DNA from: Ostrea edulis
Lineage: Eukaryota
Reading direction: 5' to 3'
Assembly (NCBI RefSeq): GCF_947568905.1
Contig: NC_079168.1
Span: 26,536,001 to 26,600,000 of the forward strand
Length of the DNA: 64,000 nucleotides
Part shown: piece after piece, positions 1 to 12,164 of the stretch
How the letters are laid out: each line of letters begins with the position of its first letter
How positions within the stretch are numbered: the first letter of the stretch is position 1
Position numbers and translations under genes: made by a program
Notes under the pieces: model-generated
Databases searched by the model: none
What the model was told of the DNA's origin: nothing
Seen by the model: only the letters and a program-made list of their open reading frames with translations

Positions 1-464
1 TACGAAATAGCTAAATTGGTATCATCACGTCTTTCATATCTATATATAAAACATGCAAATGATCGCCATTCCCTTCTTCCCTTAAAGGTAGATCTTTCTC
101 ACTGAATTAAATTTCATCAAAAGAATTACATGTTGTCATTTTTTGCTGTAATATTAGGTGAGTGAAAAGAAAATGATTCTCAATGCATATAGTTCCGTAT
201 TGACTGAATAATAGCATTTAGATTTTTTCAATGGGATATGCATGGTTTTTTTTCATTGTTGAACGCAAATTTCAGGAGAGAAATGTATATCTTAGCCCAT
301 TGTTGTATACATGTAATTATCTATTTTGTGAATGTTTGAAACATTGAATTTATCTACAGTGGACTGTATTTGTACAAGAGACACATCTCCTAAATTACCA
401 AACAATTTTTATAAAACTTAGTTAGCATGCCTTCTATTCCTGCACGTTTCCCTAAGAAATTCTT

Positions 465-1519
465 ATGACTCCCCTACCGGCGGAGCTGAAGGGAACTTTA
501 GGTTTGCACTCAGTCCGTCCGTCAGTCAGTTCGTCAAGTTAGTTCACACTTTTCTCTGTCATACTTGCAGATATTCATTTGATATTTGGTAATTTACTTT
601 ACCATGGCAAGTTACAGATCAAGTTTGAATTTGGGTTTTTGCAGAGTAACGTCGATTGGACTTAGAAAACTGAAATACTCAGTTTTCCGCACTGATTTTT
701 GTCAGTACATCATGACAAGTTTGTTCGAGTTGTGGCCGTTGTCCTACGACAATAAACGCAAATACTCAGTTTTTATACGCCCGCCCGTCTTTAGACGGTA
801 CGTATTATGGTACAGCGATGTCTGTACGTCCGTCCGTCTGTCCGTTCGGGGTTTTCTCTTTATAATTTCATTTCCCTTTCACATATCATGCTGAAACTTG
901 CTGTGTAGTTTCTTTGAGGGTCACTCTGGATCATACTGCAATTTTGATCCGTTTCGACCTTTTTCCCAGGAGTTTTGCCCCTTTATTTAGAAATAAATAT
1001 TATATGGAGGGTACATAATTTGTCCATCCTACTCCTCCCCCAGTTTTCAAGTGAGAGCCTTCTTATTTTGTGGAGTGTTTGTCTGGGTATTGAAAATGTG
1101 CATGTGGGATGGATTTTGATTTTCTGCAATTTTTGAGAAAATTACAGGTTGTTGAACTTAGTCTATTTAGAAATTAATATTCTATGAAGGGTACATAATT
1201 TGTCTGCCCAACTCCTCCCACAGTTTTCAAGTGAGGACCTTCTTATTTTGTGGAGTGTTTGTATAGGTACTGAAAATGTGCATCTGGTGAAGGATTTTGA
1301 TTTTCTTCCAGTTTTGAAAAATTTGCAGGTTGTTGAACTTGGTCCATTTTGAGGAAATCTCAATTTTTAAGCTAAGACCCTTTGTTGGTATGAAATTTTG
1401 TCTCAGCCTCATGATTGCTGATACTACCTGAAGCAAAGTTATACAAATTATAGCACAAGAAAAACACCCTATGTAAGCATTTCACGGGCGTATTATGTAC
1501 CGTTAGCGGTACTCTTGTT
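465..1519 (+). mobile_element. Helentron-associated non-autonomous (HINE-like) elements, two nested or adjacent, with internal ~180-bp tandem repeats
   Basis: 5' boxes at ~465 and ~771 are each followed by a (GTCC)n-like microsatellite. Subterminal inverted motif TACGCCCG (~776) / CGGGCGTA (~1485); 3' hairpin GTACCGttagCGGTAC (1497-1512) then TCTTGTT. Two ~180-bp internal repeats start at 986 and 1166. This layout is established for bivalve HINEs; boundaries are approximate. Confidence 0.6.
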
Positions 1520-3441
1520 ATTACTTGTGACAAAATGAAATCTGGAATTTAAATTTATCATATATGGCTTTTATATGGTGGGGGCCTGGTTACTGGTGAC
1601 GTATGATTATTCACGTAAAATATTTCAAACTCTTGACTTGGGACTGGTAGGGTACATGCATTGCTACGTAATTACTCACAGAATGGTCGTTCTTCTTTTA
1701 ATTTTTTTTTTTATTCTTTATAAGAATTAATCACTGCCCGTTATCTCCAGTTTAACATATACACAAATAAAGAATAGCTCTCACTAAATTTGAAATAGTT
1801 TTCACGGAAAACTTCAGATCCCGAAGTGAATATATTCAAAGTTCTTTCGAGATATTTACAAGTTTTGTAATAATGAAAAACACAAAAACAAAAAACAAAC
1901 AAACAAGTTAAAACAATGCGATGCTCTAAGTATTTGAGTTTCCCGTGATAGTCGGATCATTAACTTCTATATAAATGGCTAAATGCATGCACTTTAACAA
2001 TCTGAGAAAGAGTTCACCAAAACGACATGCGAACTGATTAGGATGAGGTTATCGTGTATAACGTTGTTTTCTGAAAGTCATCGAGGATTTTTTTATATAT
2101 CGTAATGTACTGGTCAATTAATACGATATCAGACAATAATATTCGTTTTTATGTTAAGCTGGTCTTAATTTAATTCGGAACATGGTGCTGTTAATTAATT
2201 AGTTATGTTTCAATGAATCCGTAATAAAACTTTATTTTATCAGATATGAACAGAAATTTAGGAATGCGTGGTGGATTTTTTCGTTGGATACATTGAATTA
2301 CAAATGTGCCCTCTTTCTGGTTTATTAGAATATTTGTGTTTGAATAAAATTTGTATATTTATATATAAAAAGAATATAGGAGTGTTATCAATTAATCACG
2401 GTACATCAGATAATAGTGAATGTATCACCTGATCTTACGGACAGCATGATTTATAAATAACTTGCAAATAATTTTAGGCTTAAAAAACTATTCCGAAATA
2501 AGAAAAAAGTCTATAAATTTGTTCTAGTTGAATCTGTATAAAAAACATAGAAAGCCTAACATATTTTATCGTAGAATAACATTGTAATTTTATTTTTACA
2601 AATATCAAAATAATTTTAGCAAGGTAATTAGAATAAATGTAGATAAGTAATGGCGTGGGGTAATTGCTGTTTAAAATATTTTGAGTCAGAACTGAAATAC
2701 AACGTGTATACAATATAACATTCTCATTAAAAATAGATATTCTAAGCATGCAGTGTGAAGAGTTTATTTCCGTAGCTTAAAGTCATTGTATTGGGTTTCC
2801 TTATGACAAGTTTATTTCTTGAAATTATTTTTTCTTGTGAAATGCTGTAATCTCATTCTGACAACTTGATATATACAGACGGACTATAAACATCGTTTTT
2901 CTAAATATTTTTTTTTTTTTATTATTTTTTAATTATTATATTTATTGCTAACTTCACTCACCGCACGTCGTGCTGATTTTTAAAATCCAACATTTGTCGT
3001 ACCTACGTTCATTATATTCACACAATGTGAGTAACATTGCACCAAACTATTCAAAACTACATATTATGAAAAGGTAAAAACGAGTTTTGTGGTGATAAAA
3101 CAATCTACGGGGGATAACAGATGCAAAATCAACAATAAAGATAATAAATAAGAATATGATGTGTTAATGGCGCTTAAACAATGAAACACGAAATCAAGCC
3201 GTCTGTATGCTGCAAGTTGGCGTTAGTCGGCGGGAGGTACATGTAGCACATCTCTGTGTAAAATATGGCGGTTGTTGTGACGGCATCGTCAGACAGAATA
3301 TCGAAGAATGATCGTCAAAGATCAGGATCCAGCGCCTTTAAACCTTGACGAGCTCACTTTGGATTTAAATCTCATTTTCCGCCATATGTTCTTTATTAAA
3401 AAAAAAATAGAGATAGCTGGAGTAAGTTTTACGGGGCCTGG

Positions 3442-3790
3442 GTGGCAACGTCACATCAACAAGCGTACGTACGACAACGTCACTTGCGGGATATGTTTAC
3501 GGATGCTATGGTTACGGCGATTGGACAATGTCATCCTAGAACAGTATCCAGAATACTGAATCACCATGAGATCCGCTGCAGAAGGTCTTACAATGGTTAC
3601 AATTTAAAACATCATCGACGTTACAGTAGAACAATGCGTGCGGGTACAGTGTAAAATTGACTCGAAATTTCTACAAATAAACGGCATCAAACGTTCTTGA
3701 TTGGTCCGCTATGTCCCCGGACCTTAAACCCGATTGAACGTTTGTGGGAGAGTTAGGTAAACGTGTGTCCAGCCGCCAGCCTCAGAATGT
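3442..3790 (+). pseudogene. Degenerate, internally deleted Tc1/mariner transposase remnant
   Basis: HLRDMF...HPRTVSRILNHHEIRCRRSY resembles the Tc1 HTH region. ~3690-3770 reads VLDWSAMSPDL-x-PIERLWE, matching the WPxxSPDLNPIE motif. Frameshifted. Confidence 0.6.
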
Positions 3791-4509
3791 GATGTCTAAC
3801 ATGAAATTAGTACTTGTGGATACCGTAAGGTAACGATTATCCCTACGTATAAAACATCCTGTTTTTTGTGTGTGTTATGAAAGATCTCGGATAAAATACA
3901 CTAAGATCGTTCTCGTGGCTTCACAGTCTACAAGTACTGAACACGGTAAAGATTAATTAAAAATCTGTAGTTCAACAATTTCCAATAATTATCCCTATAA
4001 TCGAAGCACCTACAAAATAAAAGTATAAAGTTTCCTACTGTTATAGTGAAAGAAAATTCGAATAGTTTTAAGTGGTATATATGCAGTATATAGAAAGAAA
4101 GTTGGAGGGAATTCAATGCATATTATGATCAATTGGAACGATGGTTTTTTTTTGGTTTTTTGTTTTTTTAATTTTTTTTTTTATACTTTATCTCGATAAT
4201 GTATTAGCCTTGTTAGCCATGCAAACAGATTAAGTTTGAAGTATAGAACGCGAAAGAGTACTTCTGAAGCAAAGGTTTTTAATCATACTTAAGTTCATGC
4301 TACTCTGTACCAAACTGTTACTACCAAGAGATGCTAATTAGGTGCGTATTGTTAATTTTCCACAATCGTAAAACAGGAATGAAGTGCATGCTTCTCTCAT
4401 CTATTAAACTATCCGTTATTGTTTTGACAGGCGGGGAAAAGATGAGTTTTGATGAAAATGTTATCTAGCAGAATTTATCATAAATTTACATGTATTTATG
4501 TTTCATTCA

Positions 4510-4516
4510 TATAAAT
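4510..4516 (+). promoter_or_regulatory. Possible TATA box of secreted protein gene 1
   Basis: TATAAAT lies ~40 bp upstream of the ATG at 4553; position only. Confidence 0.3.
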
Positions 4517-4552
4517 TCGAGAGTTTCAGACATTGCAGTGCAGAGATACAAA

Positions 4553-7365
4553 ATGAGACTGTACGCAGGGATTCTTAGCTTGGTCTGTGTTCTGTTCCTC
4601 GTGGAATCCAAAAAGGTAATATTAGAATATGTTATCCATCCCACGTTATGCCGGAATGTATTTTAACCGTATTTTAAAATCTAAATTGATAAAATGATTC
4701 AATACTTGAATTCTTTTGCAACACGTTAGAAATATCATATTGCAATGTTATGATTGACTAGGTGGGTGTATATACAAAAATTACTATATGACAATAAGTT
4801 TTGTACATTAAAGGGACTGATTCACGATTTTCCCTAAAATTTTCTTTTTCACTTTTAATGATCAAAATTTACTGGCTAATGTGTTTAAAAGAGTTCAAAT
4901 ACAAATTAAGGCTATACATTATCACAGAAGCTCATTTTAGAGAGTTTATTATTTGTTTTGTAAACAAAGATTGCGGTATGTTATTGTTTACGAAATATTT
5001 GAAAGAAATGGAAATCGATCTAAGTTTATTATATCTTTCACATTTCAAGCATTTTTGGGATAAAATGTGTCATCTAAAAGTTCAAATTTGTGACTATGCA
5101 AAATTAAAATGCTTTATATTACAAAATCAATATTTCACTTATTACTTTGTATACATAGAAAGCCTCGAGTCTTTGTTTACATAACACAGATTTATGGCTA
5201 AAATATTGCTTTTATTTTTGCATTCAGAAGGTCAAAATTTTGGCTGTCAACATGAAATGAGTTATATTTTTAATGTTTATCATGAAAAATATTTTTATCA
5301 AAAATCGTGAACCAGTCCCTTTAAAAAAGTATTACAATATGATAGAAAGTCAACATACTTACTGGTTCGCTTAACGGGTTTGCTTTTTAATATAAATATA
5401 CCCAAGCAGAACAAAACTACTTTCAAATTCAATTTATTACATCAGTTTTTTATTTGTTGGTATATTTGTATATTGTCGATGTAGAGACGTCACTAACCTC
5501 AGATGAATCGCCACAAATTTTGACCTAAGCATGACCCTCAAGGTCGTGTAACAGTGATTGTTCTTTATCTACGTTAAGGTCATATCCGATTGATTGATTA
5601 TTGTTTAGTTAACGTCTCTCTCGAGAATTTTTCAAGCATATGGAGACGTCACCATTGCCGGTAAAGGGCTGCAAAATTTAGGCCTATGTTCGGCGCTTAT
5701 GGCCATTGAGCAGGGAAGGGTCTTTATCGTACCACACCTTCTGCAACAAGGGGCTTCGATTTTTGCCGTCTCATCCGAAGGACACGGGCTAGGTCATATC
5801 CGAAAAGACGATGATTTTCACTTTTAATGCCGGACGTTTGGTGGGAGAACAATCTCTACCTATGCTAAACATATAATAGGTTTGAGGTGGCACCAGAATG
5901 AAACCCGGGTCTCCCGGAAACCTTAACTTTTGGGTTCCCTTGGCCGGTATAATGCATTAGTAATTTGATTGTTATGGTAATAGTAGTGATCGATTATTTA
6001 TTTTTCTTTAAAGATTCACCTGAGGTCAAGGAGTTTCCAAGAAAGACTAAGAGGTAATATTCTCTATCATGCTCATCTATATGTAACATAATTAGTAGAT
6101 ATGTAAATCAATCTCTAATTCATATGAAAAATTACATATTTCGGCTATTTTACATTGTTAATGAATTTTTTTTAACAGAAAAACGAAATGTGGCGGTATC
6201 TGGTTCAGCACAAAGCGTCAAGAATCCATCCTACGAAACAGTTACTCCTGCCAAAACAGAACAAAACGTGTCTAACCCTACTCCAATAGAATCGGTAGTC
6301 AACCCCCCAGCTGAAGCGTCTGCAAATATGCCATCAGAGTCCACAACGAACGCCTCGGCAGTAAATCCAGTCGAAGCTATGTATCCACCAGAGGTCCATC
6401 CGACCGAACCTATTCAAGAAAAGCCTGTCAATACACCTGGGAATGATCAGGAAAAAGCATCGTCTCCTCAGGCGGTTGATCATCCAACGGAGGCAATAGC
6501 TACTGATCCAGCCAAGCAACCAACGGAACCAGCCACTGCAGCGCCGGCAAGCTCAACGACAGCTGGGCAACCAACGGAACCAGCCACTGCGGCGCTGGCA
6601 AGCTCAACGACAGCCGAGCAACCAACGGAACCAGTTACTGCGGCGCCGGCGAGCCCAACGACAGCCGAACAACCAACGGAACCAGCTACTGCGGCGCCGG
6701 CGAGCCCAACGACAGCCGAGCAACCAACGGAACCAAGCTCAACAACAAAAGCAACTGCTAATATCCTGGGCGATCCTTTAGTTATTCCTAAAACAGTAGA
6801 GGCAGCTGACCCAACCACCATTAAAAACATTCCAGTTGAAGATACAACTACCACGTTACCAGTAAGCTCAACTACAACTGCACCTAAATCAAAATCAAAT
6901 AAGATGACAAAACAACAACGTGCCGCAATTAAAGCGGCAAAACGTGCTGCCAAGAAAGCCAAAAAGGAAAGAAATACAGCAGCCAAAAACGTAAAGGTTG
7001 CTTCCCGAAAACTGAAAAAAACACACAAGAAAGCTAAGGCCGAAGCGAGAAAGGCCGCCAAACTGGCAGCAAAGAAAGCCAGGGCTGAAAGAAGAATGGC
7101 ACGAAAACTTCAAAAGAAGAAGGAAAAAGCCGAACGCAAAGCAAAAGCTAAGTCAAGGAAGGCACAAAAAGCGGCTAGGCGAAAAGCAAAGCGAGAGGCT
7201 AAGCGAAAAGCAAAGAGATCAACTTCACGAAAAGCAAAGAGAGCGGCTATCCGAAAGGCAAAGAGAGCGGCCATCCGAAAAGCAAAGAGAGAATCTAGAA
7301 AAGTTAAACGAGAGGCACGCCTACGGAAAAGGTCAAGAAAATCAAAGCGATTTAATTTGCTGTAA
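4553..7365 (+). CDS. Orphan secreted low-complexity protein 1, 429 aa, 3 exons: signal peptide, propeptide, acidic P/T/E/A repeat block, K/R/A-rich basic tail
   Basis: Exons 4553-4615 (MRLYAGILSLVCVLFLVESKK), 6014-6053 (IHLRSRSFQERLR) and 6179-7365. All introns are GT-AG, phases 0 and 1 close, total 1290 nt. The exon 2/3 join creates R-E-K-R. AATAAA overlaps the stop codon. Confidence 0.85.
4812..5320. mobile_element. 509-bp non-autonomous DNA transposon (MITE) in intron 1 of secreted protein gene 1
   Basis: TIRs AGGGACTGATTCACGATTTT (4812-4831) / AAAATCGTGAACCAGTCCCT (5301-5320), 19/20 match. TTAA on both sides (4808-4811, 5321-5324). Confidence 0.8.
5590..5800 (+). repeat. Dispersed SINE-like repeat family
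   Basis: GAGACGTCACCA...TCATCCGAAGG-type sequence recurs at ~10430-10510, ~10695-10930 and ~45030-45350. Class not determined. Confidence 0.5.
6517..6735 (+). repeat. Coding tandem repeat, 51-bp / 17-aa unit (QPTEPATAAPASSTTAE), 4 full copies plus 1 partial
   Basis: Units start at 6517, 6568, 6619, 6670 and 6721. Confidence 0.95.
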
Positions 7366-7617
7366 TAAAGGCTTAACAATAGGTGAAGAGTGTTAGAAAA
7401 AATTATATAGACCATACATCATATACATGCGTAGAGTATTTGGACTTCTATGTTTATCCACTGCGAGTCCATAAACCAGTAGTGTTTATTTGTTTTTGTT
7501 TTTACATATATCATATAATTAACTGTAGTTTTGTTTGTATTTATGAATGATTCCTTCTTTTTTAATTTTACCGTTATTAAATATAGAAAAAAAATCGAAT
7601 TTCTTTTTCTGATACTT

Positions 7618-8095
7618 TGTGACAAACGGGATGATTTCAGCTTCTCCATCGTCAACTTCCCATATTTATGTAGCAATATTCCATTATCACCTGCATATGG
7701 TGTTTATATCTCTCAACTGATTCGATACTCAAGAGCTTGTTATGCTTATGATAAGAAGTTTCAACAATTTCGATTAAAGTGAGCATTTCGCAAATTCTAT
7801 GGTCGTTATAATGATCTAGTTTGCTAATACAGCCGACCATTGGGTTACATGTAATTGCTGTCTGACTTGGTTGATTGTTAGGCCGTTCTTAGCACACTGA
7901 TTTGACTACGGATTACTCCGTTCACCTGATCAAGATATAGGGATTTCGGCGAGTATCACCGGTCAACAGGGGATGCTTACAATTCCTAGGCATCTTATCC
8001 CACCTCTGGTATATCCAGGGTCCGTGTTTACCCAACCCTCTATTTTGTATTGCCTATTGATCACTGTTGCTATCATCACCTTTATGGATAGCTTA
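7618..8095 (+). mobile_element. Penelope-like retroelement 3' fragment
   Basis: Encodes DDFSFSIVNFPYLCSNIPLSPAYGVYISQLIRY, typical of the Penelope-like RT C-terminal region. Followed by the CAGGGGATGCTTAC...CACCTGATCCCACCTCTGG tail. Shorter tail copies at ~8497-8642 and ~9035-9150. Confidence 0.65.
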
Positions 8096-9299
8096 GACAT
8101 ACACATTTCACAATTGGATGCAAAACATCCACATGTTTAACTGACTTTTCCCTCAATGCACAAAAATTCATCCTGACTTTTTTTCTTTTGCAATATCAAG
8201 ACTACTTTTAAGATTGATCGATCCTCATGATTGTGATGTCATAAAATTTTACAAAATTCTTTATTAAATTAAACTTTGCTCATGATAGAAATATATCTTT
8301 CAAAGGAATTTTATTCGTTTCATAAAATAAAAAACCTGGTAAACAATTGATACTGAAAAAGATTATATTTTCCATAGATAATCAATTATTTATAATCTTA
8401 AAAATGTTGTCAAGGGCAATAACTCTTGTGTTGGTATATCTTCTACTGCATGTCTATTATACATAGTTTCTCCAATATCCACAGTTAATTTATACATGGT
8501 CGACAGGGGATGCTTACTCCTCCCAGGCACCTGATCCCACCTCTGGTGTGTCCAGGAGTCCGTGTTGGTCCAACTATCTATTTTGTATTGCTTATAGGAC
8601 TGATGAGATTGATCGCTGTTCGTTATCTTCACCTTTCATTTATGAATTAGCAGATTTTTTGAAACTGTAGGCATTCACAATTTGTCATTTCAACATGTTT
8701 TTATCTATTCTAATTATTCTGTATAACGAAAATGTATGATTTTCTTATGTTAACATATACTTTTGTTTTTGTATGTCTCACATCTTTAAAAATGTGGCAA
8801 CATACAAATTTTCTTTGGTTAATAATCAAATCTAACTATATTGAATGGAAATTAATAAAGTTTTAAACTTTCAACCATTAATATTGATAGGTAACATGAG
8901 GATCGATCCACCTTAATATACATATATATACAATAAAATCTGGGTTATTGATAATATCGATAATGTCGGTTGTTGTTTCGATAAAGCATTAAATGACATA
9001 CATGTATTTACAAACATAAAAGTTCACAAGTCCTTCTAGGCACCTGATCCCACCTCTGGTATATCCAGGGGTCCGTGTTTGCCCAACTATATTGTATTGC
9101 TTATAAGAGTTATGAGATTGAACACTGTTCGTTATCTTCACCATTCATACTAATCGTACGAAGCCTAGAAGTTTAAAGACGAAAATGTCAAAGTCTTTTA
9201 ATCTGTCTGATGTCGATCCATCACGTGGTCATTTCAGTGCTTGGCGATCAAGAGCTTTCGAAGTCACGACAATGAAATAAGAGCGTCGTTTCGACTGAG

Positions 9300-10200
9300 T
9301 AGTCTGGTGTCTGTCTGGATTATGTAATTCACCATTGATGTGAAATAAATCTTCCCTGTCTGTTTTTGTTTTGCCTGCTTCATGGTTGGGTAAAGCCTCT
9401 CTTTACGTCCTCGTTCTCGTGCGGATACTGTCCATTAATTCTCACATTGGATCCCTTCAATTTCTGTAGGGCGCGTGTCCTGATGAGTTTCCTTCCCTTG
9501 AAATAGATACATGTAAATCTGATCACCACATTTCTTGGGTATATATTTTCCCCGTTCTATTTCCCCGTGAGATGTATCCGTTTGAAGGAGATTTCATAGT
9601 CCTGTAGATGTTTTCCATTTTTAGAGCTACTTAATTCTCCTCTTGCTCCTCGTCTCGTAAAGTCGAGATTGTCCCTCGGAGACAGCACCTTAAAGTCAGT
9701 TCAGTCACACTCCCTTGTAGATCTGTAGTAATGCCTCTCATGTCATCGAACCTTTTCTGTGCTTTAGAGTCAGATGTTTTCTGCAAATAACTGCATTGGT
9801 TAAAGCGTTTTCTGTTCTCGTCTGGAGATAACGCGTGTGTTTGTTTCCGCTGCGTTTTTCACGGAGTCGAACACATTTCCTTGGGCTTCCATATTTGAAT
9901 CCATGTTCTTAAAGTAGTCTTTCATGTTTGTCACATTGATTAAGTTTATTCATTTGGGATTTAACGGAATTTTCCACACTGTGGAATTCATAGAATTTGG
10001 TAATTTTCTTTTCAGTTTCAGTACTGTTTCACTTAATTGTGCCTCTAGACCGTCCTTTATTTGTTTCAATGTTTGTAAGATTTGTGTTCTTCTGTGCTTG
10101 CTTTTGCGCATGAACTGCATGTTGTGAATCGACAAATCCACGGCCCTTGTCATCAGTAATACATTTATTAAGTTAATGCATGTACATGTACTTAAAATGT
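9300..10200 (-). pseudogene. Degenerate LINE ORF1-like (L1/Transposase_22-type) remnant
   Basis: Minus strand gives a coiled-coil-like segment (9950-10153), then PRNVVIRF...KLKGSNVRINGQYPHE and IYF-x-INGE, resembling the ORF1 C-terminus. Multiple frameshifts. Confidence 0.35.
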
Positions 10201-12164
10201 GCCTTCAAGTGAAATACACACAGAACCTTCAAGATAAAGATTGATTCCAGAAATTAGTCAATTAAAATCTTAGTTTTTTCTCTCTTCACTTCACAACATA
10301 TCTGAAGCCAAACAAATCAACAAAGGACGCGGTCTGAATCCAGGAGGAGGTGCAACTGACCGTGACGTGCAAAGGAAACGAGAGCTATGAAACTGTAAAC
10401 AGTGCATAAGATCATTAAGTTGTCTGTGTTACGTCCCGTGGTGATTGTTTCATTCATATTAAGATGTCACCAGCTGCAGGTGAAGTACCGCCAATCTAGA
10501 CCTATGTTTTGCGCTGAAGGACGTAACAAAATGATTAGCTATTAATGCAGGTCTTGTATCCATGTACGTAATTTATGTACGCAATGCTTCGTGATTAGTG
10601 GTCATTACATCATCATTGCATCATCATTACATTATCATTACATCATCATTACATCATAATTCTTTAAGAACTGTGCTTCATAAGAATGCTAGTTTTGTTT
10701 GTTTTACGTCCCGTCGAGAATTTTTCATTCATAATGAGACGTCACCAGCTGTAGGTGAAATACCGTAAACTTAGCGCTCAGGGCCATGGCAGTGAGGGTT
10801 CTTTAACGTACCAACGCCTACCGCGATGCGGGACCTCCGTTTTTAAGGTCATATCCGAAAGACCCACCATTCTCACTTCCAAAACCGAGCGTTTGGTGAA
10901 GGAGCAATCACTACCTATGTTTACGTCGTATATTTGACCGGCCATAGGTGTATGGATGCTATTGCATAATTACCATTGAATAAAATATTCTTATGCGATA
11001 AAATTTGATTGTTGTAATATTGACAATTTTATGTATAGAAATTTCCTTGAAAATATTCGTCTTCGTGAGATGTGTTGTGTGGCTCTTCATTTATAGAGCA
11101 TACATAATATCCTGTCCAGACTCTTGACAAAATCGAGACGACTGCGCATAAGATATGGTGACTTTAGATGCAATTGATGCTTGATATTTAAGATTTCGAT
11201 TTGAACAGTTTACAACTTCTTTTTACTTTGTTCTACTAAAGAAACTACATCTACATGTAGGTATACTGCTAAAATATGATAAAAGTCTTCGCAAACATAA
11301 GTGAATCGATAGCATGCTGAAGTTTAACTTAGACACATTGAGATTTGAATGTATATTAAAGTTTATGACTTGAATAGTAATTATCAACATTAAAATATGG
11401 CAAAAATGTGAAACCCACTGATAGTAATCTAATTGTAAATTTATATGACTGTGTATGTTAAAAGGATTTTGGGAAAACTCAATAAATTTGTGAATCCATT
11501 ACAGCGGATCAGTACACTGTGATGAATTGAAAATAAAACACACATTCATTTGAAACGCATGTTCCGCCTTCAATCTGAACTCTTTATGGCTGATGTTTGA
11601 TCAATTGATCATTCACAACATACACAAGCGCCCACTACGGAGCTGACAAACAATATATACACGTACCAGAAGAGCATGCACTGTCTATAAAATCTAGGAT
11701 TCAGCAATGCATATATTTCATTCATTTGATGAAATTTCATAATAATTAAGTTTTGAACTCTGAAAGCTTCTGATTGTAGCAAGTTTCTAGATCTGTTTGC
11801 GAACAGGCATTAATAAAATACCCTGCGCATTTCTCAGTCGCTCACATACTGAGTAAGTTACATAAAAAGACTTGATTTGAATTACCGCATATATGATTCA
11901 TTTGTTCATTAAGATATGAAAAAAAAAATTTTTGTCATGCTTCATACGATAATTCTTTTATTGAATGGTTGATGAATAAGAGAAATGTATGATGCATTTT
12001 AAAAACAAAGGAAATTAAGCAGATTATTTTACTTTATTGCCAGGAATGTGTTTATTTTAAAGGATCTAAATGTCTAGTTGACATAGATGTTCAACGATTC
12101 GTAGACAAACACTATATTTAAACGAACACGTTCGACAGTAATCTGTGTGAATGTGAAATGAAAA

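Noticed and set aside
4801-5184. 127-aa ORF with alternative start
   Set aside because: Lies within the AT-rich MITE; no domain features.
6124-6178. ORF-track start MKNYIFRLF... of the 413-aa ORF
   Set aside because: Intronic read-through; the acceptor at 6178 and two upstream exons give a better model. The same holds for the listed starts at 19557 and 23078.
6880-7365. Histone H1 or sperm protamine-like gene call
   Set aside because: No winged-helix globular domain, and the spliced model begins with a signal peptide.
6480-7415. Hydrophobic minus-strand ORFs (6480-7061, 7110-7415)
   Set aside because: Antisense shadows of the K/R/A-rich exon; the same applies to 12245-13102 and 27778-28656.
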